The notes under the pieces are model-generated. The model saw nothing but the letters and a program-made list of their open reading frames with translations, had not been told where the DNA came from and did not search any database. A program made the translations under genes and the position numbers. This document shows, piece after piece, positions 9,246-15,268 of a stretch of 64,000 bases of DNA. The DNA is taken from contig LCQK01000003.1 of NCBI GenBank assembly GCA_001004105.1, forward strand, positions 46,805 through 110,804. Direction: 5' to 3'. This DNA comes from Candidatus Jorgensenbacteria bacterium GW2011_GWB1_50_10 (lineage in GTDB: Bacteria > Patescibacteriota > Minisyncoccia > UBA6257 > GWB1-50-10). The number at the start of each line of letters is the position of its first letter. Position 1 is the first letter of the stretch.

Positions 9246-10513
9246 TGCTAAACGATTCGAAAACAGCGGCGGAAAAAATAGCGAGGATTCTCCGGACCGA
9301 TAAGGATTTCATTGCGAAAATTGAAAGCCGGTTTTCGGCCGTGACCGGCAAGAAAAACGCTTTGGAAAAAATCGTTGAAGAGAATAGAAGCCGCATTAAG
9401 GACCGGCTTTTGACGCTTGGCGCTTCTTCCGAGGCGACGGCTCGTGAAATTTACAACGCCCTGATTTCAAAGATTGAAGCCGATGACAACATCATTTCTC
9501 GGGCGCTCGGCAACCTCGTCTGCTCCAAAAAAGAGGATTGCAACAAGGTTTTGGATATAGCGAGGAAAGTGATGAATTCCCAAAAAGGATTTTTTCTGAA
9601 AATCGACAAAGCACGGGAGTTTTTAATGAACGAGCCGCCAAAAAAAATTCTTTCTTTTTTGGGTTATGACTCGGTTCAAGACATGCTCCAAAAGGAAGAT
9701 TTATTGGAAGTTTATGCGGCCTTGAGGTTCATTGAAGGCAATGAATGGCTGAACAACGTTTTTTTCAAACAGTACGAAACTTTAACGCCGGCTGATTTCG
9801 AAGAGAGAGAAATTACTTTAAAGGCCCTGTCTCCCCGATGGGACCAAGCGGCCCAAACCTTTGTCGCGAAAAAACACCATAACATCAGTCACTTGAAGGA
9901 ATTGGGTTTGGTGTTTGTTATTCCCATTGCACTCGGCATCTCTGGGGAACTTCTGCGGATGTTAAGTTTGGTGCTTCATTACCTTCACGAAATCCCGTTT
10001 TATTCGGAAATGTTCCGGCGGATTGCCGAGACGCCGACCAATTTCTCCTTAAATTTTGTTTCTCTCTTGAGGGGTGATGTTTTTGACGGGCGGGTGCCCG
10101 AAGGCGAGAAATCGCTTTGGCTCGTCGTTCAAAGATACCTTGCCAAGGACGATGAAAACGACTGGCGGCTTTTTTATCCGCACATTAACCCCGAGGCCAT
10201 TCATTGGTACAAAGCTGAAAGAGATTTGGTGGAAATCGGCAACAAATTTAACCACTTCGGAACCGAAGTCGGTTTCTGGCACCATTTGGACTGGGTAGGC
10301 GATTATTTCAAAGACGAGGCCGGCGTGCCAGTCTTGGTGAGTTTCGACTTGGTGGATACGGTAATGTCTTTAGTCAAAGAGAAAGAAATGACAAAATACT
10401 TGTATCATCACCAAGAGGCGCTTTGGAACAAAATTTTCCGGGAATACTTCAGCCACGACGAGTTAGAAAAATACGCTAAGGATCATTTGTTGCAGGGATA
10501 CTTTGAAATTTAA
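9245..10513 (+). CDS. conserved-looking hypothetical protein (422 aa), no recognisable family
   Basis: Long ORF translationally coupled between the PfkB kinase and fba. I can name no motif in it. Confidence 0.6.
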   Translation: MLNDSKTAAEKIARILRTDKDFIAKIESRFSAVTGKKNALEKIVEENRSRIKDRLLTLGASSEATAREIYNALISKIEADDNIISRALGNLVCSKKEDCNKVLDIARKVMNSQKGFFLKIDKAREFLMNEPPKKILSFLGYDSVQDMLQKEDLLEVYAALRFIEGNEWLNNVFFKQYETLTPADFEEREITLKALSPRWDQAAQTFVAKKHHNISHLKELGLVFVIPIALGISGELLRMLSLVLHYLHEIPFYSEMFRRIAETPTNFSLNFVSLLRGDVFDGRVPEGEKSLWLVVQRYLAKDDENDWRLFYPHINPEAIHWYKAERDLVEIGNKFNHFGTEVGFWHHLDWVGDYFKDEAGVPVLVSFDLVDTVMSLVKEKEMTKYLYHHQEALWNKIFREYFSHDELEKYAKDHLLQGYFEI

Positions 10514-11411
10514 CATGAGAAGTTTACTGGAGATAATCCGGGAAACGGAAAAAGATAAGGTTGCAATAGGCCATTTCAATATTTCCAACCTGGAGCAGTT
10601 AAAGGCGATATCGCATGTCGCGGCGAAACTCAACGTACCGGTCATTATCGGCACATCGGAGGGCGAACGGGACTATATTGGTGTTCATCACGCCGTTGAT
10701 CTCGTCAAAAGTTACAACAAGGAGCACGCAAAAGGAAATTATCGGCTGTTTTTGAACGCCGACCACACCCATACTTTAGAGAACGCGAGGAAAGCGGCTG
10801 AAGTCGGTTATGACGCGATATTATTTGACGGCGGCAAACTGCCCCTTGAAGAAAATATCAGGGCTACGAAAGAAGTCGTAGAAATGGTGAGAAAAATCAA
10901 CAAAAACATCTTAGTTGAAGGTGAGCTGGGCTATATCGGTTCGTCTTCGGAAGTAAGGAAGGAAATTCCGGAAGGGGCGGCGATTAATCCCGGGGATTTG
11001 ACCAGACCGGAGGAAGCAGCGAGGTTCGTTGAAGAAACCGGCGTGGATATGCTTGCGCCGGCGGTGGGGAACATTCACGGCATGTTCGCGAACGCTCCGG
11101 AGCCGCGGCTTGATATAGAACGCATCCGGGAAATCAAGAAAGCGGTTGAAAACCTGCCTGCCGGCAGGCAGGTCCCGCTTGTTTTGCACGGCGCCTCCGG
11201 CAACACCGATGAAGATTTAAGTGTGGCAATCGATGCTGGAATTTCCATAATCCACATTTCCACCGAGCTTCGCGTTGCTTGGCGCAAGGGTTTGGAAGAA
11301 GCTTTGAAGGAGAATCCTGACGAAGTCGCGCCCTACAAGCTGATGCCCGAGGATTTGGCAGAAATGGAGAAAGTGGTGGAGAGAAAATTACGCCTCTTCA
11401 ATAAACTGTAA
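10503..11411 (+). CDS. fba: fructose-bisphosphate aldolase, class II
   Basis: GHFNISN, DHTH and PLVLHGASG motifs. The gene contains an in-frame copy of the 20-bp palindrome (ENLPAGRQVPLVLHG). Confidence 0.9.
   Translation: MKFNMRSLLEIIRETEKDKVAIGHFNISNLEQLKAISHVAAKLNVPVIIGTSEGERDYIGVHHAVDLVKSYNKEHAKGNYRLFLNADHTHTLENARKAAEVGYDAILFDGGKLPLEENIRATKEVVEMVRKINKNILVEGELGYIGSSSEVRKEIPEGAAINPGDLTRPEEAARFVEETGVDMLAPAVGNIHGMFANAPEPRLDIERIREIKKAVENLPAGRQVPLVLHGASGNTDEDLSVAIDAGISIIHISTELRVAWRKGLEEALKENPDEVAPYKLMPEDLAEMEKVVERKLRLFNKL
11153..11172. repeat. 20-bp perfect palindrome CCTGCCTGCCGGCAGGCAGG, copy 1 (inside fba, read as LPAGRQ)
   Basis: Exact 20-mer that equals its own reverse complement. One flanking base on each side (A/T) extends it to 22 bp. 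Confidence 0.95.
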
Positions 11412-11437
11412 GAAGCAAAAGATTAGAAATACGCTTA

Positions 11438-11453
11438 CTATGACATGTCATAG
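11438..11453. repeat. 16-bp perfect palindrome CTATGACATGTCATAG (left copy; 19-bp identity ACTATGACATGTCATAGCG)
   Basis: The identical 19-mer recurs at 11877-11895. The two copies bracket the TrpR-like gene. Confidence 0.9.
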
Positions 11454-11457
11454 CGCG

Positions 11458-11856
11458 TCAATAATGGTGCATGTAGACTTTTCCGTATTTAGTGCGGCGG
11501 TAGTATCTATAGGGTTTCTTTTTAGAAGGGTGACTGCTGTTGTATACTTTCTTTTTCCGCCCCGTTTTGCCTCGTTCCCGGTAGCTCCGATAACCACTCC
11601 CTTCCAGCGCTTTTTTGATACTGCTTACGGTCTGCGGCGAGAGATGGAGTTCCTCGACAATCTGCACGAATTTTTTCCCTGAATTCATGCGGTCTGCTAC
11701 CGCGGCGCGCATAACAAGATTATGACGTTCGTTGGAGGTGGTAAATAGTTCCAAGAGTTCTCTGGATTCTGATATCTTCTTCCAGCACGCTCTTTCCCAT
11801 TCCTTACGCGAAGAGTACTGGTTGGTTGGCGGCAACGATAATAAATTCCTGGTCAT
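11458..11856 (-). CDS. TrpR/YerC/YecD-like HTH protein with basic C-terminal tail
   Basis: The segment LFTTSNERHNLVMRAAVADRMNSGKKFVQIVEELHLSPQTVSSIKKALE resembles the Trp-repressor-like family. The C-terminus is lysine/arginine/tyrosine-rich. Confidence 0.6.
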   Translation of the reverse strand: MTRNLLSLPPTNQYSSRKEWERACWKKISESRELLELFTTSNERHNLVMRAAVADRMNSGKKFVQIVEELHLSPQTVSSIKKALEGSGYRSYRERGKTGRKKKVYNSSHPSKKKPYRYYRRTKYGKVYMHHY

Positions 11857-11877
11857 AAGGTAAGTTTAACATATCAC

Positions 11878-11893
11878 TATGACATGTCATAGC
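11878..11893. repeat. 16-bp perfect palindrome CTATGACATGTCATAG (right copy)
   Basis: Lies 22 bp upstream of the TrpR-like start codon and 52 bp upstream of the DGR target promoter -35 box. Confidence 0.9.
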
Positions 11894-11944
11894 GTTTTTA
11901 CTGGGTAGTCAGTTGTTTTGTTGCTCTATTCTCGCATATAAAAT

Positions 11945-11973
11945 TGACAAGCTTGTATAAATAGGGTATACTT
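11945..11973 (+). promoter_or_regulatory. sigma-70-type promoter of DGR target gene 1
   Basis: TTGACA (11945-11950), a 17-bp spacer, then TATACT (11968-11973). This is about 80 nt upstream of the ATG at 12054. Confidence 0.6.
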
Positions 11974-12053
11974 TAGGGCAGTACAATAATGGTGAGTCTG
12001 CGGGTCTGGTAAATGCCGGACTGGGGGACGAACCACAAAAAGAGAGGTACAAG

Positions 12054-12749
12054 ATGGCGAAAAAGACGGATGAACTGGTGCAGTTTGCGGGCCACTTCCA
12101 GTCGCTCGCGACTGCGGTTTCCCGCAACCTCGAAGAGCGCGGCGTAAACGTTGTTGAGGCAATCGCGGAGGCCGCAAAGCCGCAAGGCGCTCGGGCGGTC
12201 GCGAAGATCGTAGACGCGCTCGCCGAACTCGTTGAAAACGGCAAGCGGGTCGTCGGCGCTCTCAATCTCATCGTGGCCGACATCGCCGTGAAGACCGAAC
12301 TCTTCACAAAAAATTCGTTCTTCGGCGAGGGGAGCCCAGTAAAACTCTACATCTGGGATAACTTCCGGAACTGGGTACTCACGGCTATCCTTGAGAATAT
12401 ACCTGCGTTCCAGGGTATGCTCGTGAAGCACCAACTCACGAAGGGGATGTATGACTCGGAGATTCTCTCCGGACTCGGGCATCCCACGCCGTTCTCACCA
12501 ACCGAGTTCGCGGCTGTCATTCGCGACCTCATCTCCAAGCAATCGAGAGGCGAGGAGGGCCTTCTCCTCACGAACGGCTACGCCAACATCTTCTATGTAC
12601 AGTTGCCTGCCGGCGCAGGCGGGGAAGATGCACGCGTGGTCGCGGTGCGCGTGACCTGGAACGCCGGGGACGACGACTGGCACCTGGACGCCTACGGCTT
12701 GGACGACGACGGGTGGGGTGACGGTGTCTGCGTGTTCTCTCGCAGCTGA
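12054..12749 (+). CDS. DGR target (variable) protein 1, 231 aa, unassigned family
   Basis: GC-rich ORF whose last 37 codons are the VR. It has no signal peptide or TM segment, and an SD-like AGAGAGG lies upstream of the ATG. A paralog lies at 48342..48932. Confidence 0.85.
   Translation: MAKKTDELVQFAGHFQSLATAVSRNLEERGVNVVEAIAEAAKPQGARAVAKIVDALAELVENGKRVVGALNLIVADIAVKTELFTKNSFFGEGSPVKLYIWDNFRNWVLTAILENIPAFQGMLVKHQLTKGMYDSEILSGLGHPTPFSPTEFAAVIRDLISKQSRGEEGLLLTNGYANIFYVQLPAGAGGEDARVVAVRVTWNAGDDDWHLDAYGLDDDGWGDGVCVFSRS
12602..12623. repeat. decayed copy of the 20-bp palindrome (17/20 with a 2-nt insertion) inside target 1, read as LPAGAGG
   Basis: GTTGCCTGCCGGCGCAGGCGGG lies 9 bp upstream of the VR. 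The paralog has a 6-codon shorter segment at this point (PEDGP versus LPAGAGGEDAR). Confidence 0.6.
12632..12743 (+). repeat. DGR variable repeat VR1
   Basis: 112 bp with 99/112 identity to the TR. All 13 differences lie at TR adenines. Confidence 0.9.
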
Positions 12750-12782
12750 TCTCGGATTTTCGGTCTCTTGGCAATAGTAGTG

Positions 12783-12823
12783 CGCCCCGTTCGAGTTCTT
12801 CGGAACTTGGACGGGGCGTTTTT
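12783..12823 (+). terminator. hairpin with UUCG loop plus T5 downstream of VR1 (intrinsic terminator and/or DGR target-recognition hairpin)
   Basis: 16-bp stem (12783-12798 pairs with 12803-12818, two G-U pairs), loop TTCG, then TTTTT. It starts 40 nt after the end of the VR. Confidence 0.7.
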
Positions 12824-12831
12824 GTTATAAT
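12823..12831 (+). promoter_or_regulatory. extended -10 box TGTTATAAT, candidate promoter of the TR-containing RNA
   Basis: A perfect TGnTATAAT sits directly after the terminator and about 170 nt upstream of the TR. I saw no convincing -35 box. Confidence 0.45.
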
Positions 12832-12998
12832 AAAAATGAAATTTTTTGACATCACTGCGGTCAAGGCTTCAGTGGGAAGATTTCAAAAAACAGAAAGGTC
12901 AGCTGGTGTAGGGCGCTAACGGGTGCGAAAGACCCGGCATTAGATGCAACGCTTAGAGGAATCAAAGCGCAGTGGCAAGGGCGGCGCTTTACACGATA

Positions 12999-13110
12999 AC
13001 GCGTGGTCGCGGTGAACGTGAACTGGAACGCCGAGAACGACGACTGGAACCTGAACGCCAACGGCTTGGACGACGACAGGTGGAATGACGGTAACTGCGT
13101 GTTCTCTCGC
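12999..13110 (+). repeat. DGR template repeat (TR)
   Basis: Non-coding and rich in AAC codons in the VR frame (encodes ...VNVNWNAENDDWNLNANGLDDDRWNDGNCVFSR). It is the adenine-bearing partner of VR1. Confidence 0.9.
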
Positions 13111-13125
13111 CGCTTACCTTTTATA

Positions 13126-13470
13126 TCAGTTCTTTGGGAGCTGTTTTAGCCAACCGCCCAGCATTTTTCCAACTTCGTCAACTTTTCCAGAAAGCGCGGC
13201 GTATTTTTTCGTGTCCAGAGATTTGATTTGCCAGGCAATTTGGAGGAAAAATTTTAGTGAGTCAAGTTTAAAAGAGGAATTCCTGATTTTTGCAAACCGT
13301 TCGGCTGGCGTGAGAGGGGCGGCTGAGAAAATTTCTTCGATAATATCCAAGAAAAGCAAATCTACTTTTACGCCGAGAGTATAGCGCGAGGTTTTGGGAA
13401 AATGAGGCGCGAATTCTTGCCAAAGCGTGTAGGCCGCGATTAGTTTCTGAATAATTGGCAGTTCATTCCG
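13126..13470 (-). CDS. avd: Avd-like accessory variability determinant (four-helix-bundle / 23S-IVS protein family); start codon unresolved
   Basis: The reading frame encodes NELPIIQKLIAAYTLWQEFAPHFPKTSRYTLGVKVDLLFLDIIEEIF...KYAALSGKVDEVGKMLGGWLKQ, a typical Avd pattern. There is no in-frame ATG, GTG or TTG upstream of 13359. An ATG at 13519 is out of frame by one base across a G9 tract. Confidence 0.7.
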   Translation of the reverse strand, partial: RNELPIIQKLIAAYTLWQEFAPHFPKTSRYTLGVKVDLLFLDIIEEIFSAAPLTPAERFAKIRNSSFKLDSLKFFLQIAWQIKSLDTKKYAALSGKVDEVGKMLGGWLKQLPKN

Positions 13471-13472
13471 TC

Positions 13473-13481
13473 GGGGGGGGG
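13473..13481. repeat. homopolymeric G9 (C9 on the avd strand) tract
   Basis: Nine consecutive G, 18-26 nt upstream of the RT ATG and inside the 5' region of avd. Loss of one base would fuse the ATG at 13519 to the avd frame. Confidence 0.9.
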
Positions 13482-13498
13482 TTAGAGGACGGGAATTT

Positions 13499-14482
13499 AT
13501 GAAAATTCAATTGAGCCATAAATTCGAAGATATTATTTCACTGGAAAATCTTTTGGAAGCATGGCGAGAATTTTTGCGCGGCAAGAGAAATAAAAGAGAC
13601 GTTCAGGAATTCTCATCGCGTTTAATGGATAACATTCTATTACTTCACAGCGAACTTCGCAATAAAACCTACAAGCACGGGAAGTACGAAGCCTTTAACA
13701 TCTCCGACCCCAAACCGAGAAACATCCACAAAGCCGCCGTCCGCGACCGCCTACTTCATTACGCTATTTACAGGGTTTTATATCCGTTTTTTGATAAGGT
13801 ATTCATCGCCGATTCTTTTTCCTGCCGTTTGGGAAAAGGGACGCACAGAGCCATCAACCGCTTTAGAACTTTTGCTTATAAAGTGAGTAAAAATAATACC
13901 AAAACCTGCTGGGTTTTAAAGTTGGATATTAGGAAATTCTTCGCGAGTATTGACCATGAAATTTTGATAAAAATTCTTGAGGAATACATACCCGACCAAG
14001 ACATTATCTGGTTGCTGAAGAAAGTGATAGAAAGTTTTTATTCGACCGAACCCGGCAAGGGCCTGCCTTTAGGCAATTTAACCTCCCAGCTTTTAGTAAA
14101 TGTTTACATGAACAAGTTTGACCAATTTGTGAAACACAAGTTCAAGGCCAAGTATTACGTGAGATACGCCGATGATTTTGTGATTGTGTCGAAAAACGGA
14201 ATATGGCTTGAAAGTTTAATTCCGAGAATCAGCGAATTTCTAAACAGAGAATTGAAGTTAAAACTTCACGACGATAAGATATTCATTAAAACTTTAGCTT
14301 CGGGAGTAGATTTCCTTGGCTGGGTTCACTTTCCGGATTACCGAGTTCTGCGAACCACGACCAAAAGAAGAATGTTTAAAAGAATCAAAGAACATCCCGC
14401 GCCGGAAACAATAAATTCTTATTTGGGATTATTAAGGCACGGGAACGCTTATAAATTAAAAAGAAAAATTATTGCTGAATAA
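13499..14482 (+). CDS. DGR-type reverse transcriptase
   Basis: 327 aa. The N-terminus reads [20 protein letters not shown]. Motif 4 [20 protein letters not shown] carries the SQ typical of DGR RTs, and the catalytic motif is [11 protein letters not shown]. There is no maturase or endonuclease extension, and the gene is visibly AT-rich. Confidence 0.9.
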   Translation: MKIQLSHKFEDIISLENLLEAWREFLRGKRNKRDVQEFSSRLMDNILLLHSELRNKTYKHGKYEAFNISDPKPRNIHKAAVRDRLLHYAIYRVLYPFFDKVFIADSFSCRLGKGTHRAINRFRTFAYKVSKNNTKTCWVLKLDIRKFFASIDHEILIKILEEYIPDQDIIWLLKKVIESFYSTEPGKGLPLGNLTSQLLVNVYMNKFDQFVKHKFKAKYYVRYADDFVIVSKNGIWLESLIPRISEFLNRELKLKLHDDKIFIKTLASGVDFLGWVHFPDYRVLRTTTKRRMFKRIKEHPAPETINSYLGLLRHGNAYKLKRKIIAE

Positions 14483-14498
14483 TTTTTTTTGTGTTTTA

Positions 14499-15242
14499 AT
14501 GGCGTTTATGGAAGCTAGTATTAGCAAGATAATTTTAGAGATTCGGGCGGGCACGGGCGGGGACGAGGCCTCGCTTTTTGCCGGCGATTTGGCGCGGATG
14601 TATCAGAGGTTTGCCGCCCGGCGGGGCTGGAAATTCTCGACGCTCGATGCGAGCGAGTCCGGCGCGCGCGGCTATAAGACGTTCATCGCGGAGATCGGCG
14701 GCCCGGGCGTCTACGAGGCATTGAAGAACGAATCCGGCGTGCACCGGGTGCAGAGAGTGCCGGATACCGAACGGGGCGGCCGGGTGCATACCTCAACCGT
14801 ATCGGTCGCGGTTTTACCCGTAGTGGAAACCAAGGATTTTCAAATTAAAGAAAGCGATTTGGAAGTGACTTTCTCCCGCGCCGGCGGTCCCGGCGGCCAG
14901 AACGTGAACAAAGTGGAAACTGCGGTTCGAATCACCCATAAACCCACCGGCGTTGTCGTAGGTTCCAGGGAAGAACGGAGCCAGCACGCCAATCGCGAGA
15001 AAGCGATGGAGGTCTTGCGGGCCAAGCTTTACGAGGCGCAGAAAGAACAGCAAGTGGGGTCGGTTGCGGAGTTGCGGAGAGGGCAGATCGGCTCGGCCGG
15101 ACGGGCGGAGAAGGTAAGGACATATAATTTTCCGCAGGATAGAATTACAGATCACAGAGTAAGTAAAAAATGGAGTAATATTGAAAAGATATTAGAAGGT
15201 AATCTTGACCCAATCATACAGGCATTTTTGAAAGTCAATTAA
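14499..15242 (+). CDS. prfA: class I peptide chain release factor (RF1-like, PxT-type) lacking the N-terminal domain
   Basis: [27 protein letters not shown] (P-x-T), GGPGGQNVN (GGQ) and [14 protein letters not shown] motifs. RF1 homologs have about 100 more N-terminal residues. The start at ATG 14499 is inferred; the ORF track uses TTG 14472. Confidence 0.8.
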   Translation: MAFMEASISKIILEIRAGTGGDEASLFAGDLARMYQRFAARRGWKFSTLDASESGARGYKTFIAEIGGPGVYEALKNESGVHRVQRVPDTERGGRVHTSTVSVAVLPVVETKDFQIKESDLEVTFSRAGGPGGQNVNKVETAVRITHKPTGVVVGSREERSQHANREKAMEVLRAKLYEAQKEQQVGSVAELRRGQIGSAGRAEKVRTYNFPQDRITDHRVSKKWSNIEKILEGNLDPIIQAFLKVN

Positions 15243-15248
15243 AAAATC

Positions 15249-15268
15249 CCTGCCTGCCGGCAGGCAGG
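15249..15268. repeat. 20-bp palindrome, copy 2 (junction between prfA stop and the displaced prfA 3' remnant)
   Basis: Exact CCTGCCTGCCGGCAGGCAGG, 6 nt after the prfA stop codon. Confidence 0.95.

Larger units (their letters stand above)
12054..14482 (+). mobile_element. diversity-generating retroelement (DGR) cassette: target/VR, TR, avd (inverted), RT
   Basis: An adenine-specific TR/VR pair, an Avd-like four-helix-bundle ORF and a DGR-type RT lie within 2.4 kb. Confidence 0.9.

Noticed and set aside
11909-12482. Long minus-strand ORFs (132 aa and 169 aa) overlapping DGR target gene 1
   Set aside because: They are antisense to a GC-rich gene with clear paralog support. Stop-poor antisense frames are expected at high GC, and these ORFs have no motifs or start context.
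12861-13384. ORFs 12861..13061 (-) and 13085..13384 (+) across the TR and antisense to avd
   Set aside because: The first covers the non-coding TR and its upstream region with no coding signal. The second is antisense to the well-supported Avd frame.
13499-14482. Alternative readings of the RT as a group II intron maturase or retron RT
   Set aside because: There is no X/maturase or En domain and no intron domain V/VI-like RNA. I saw no msr/msd-like inverted repeats. The adenine-specific TR/VR pair and the Avd-like gene instead point to a DGR.
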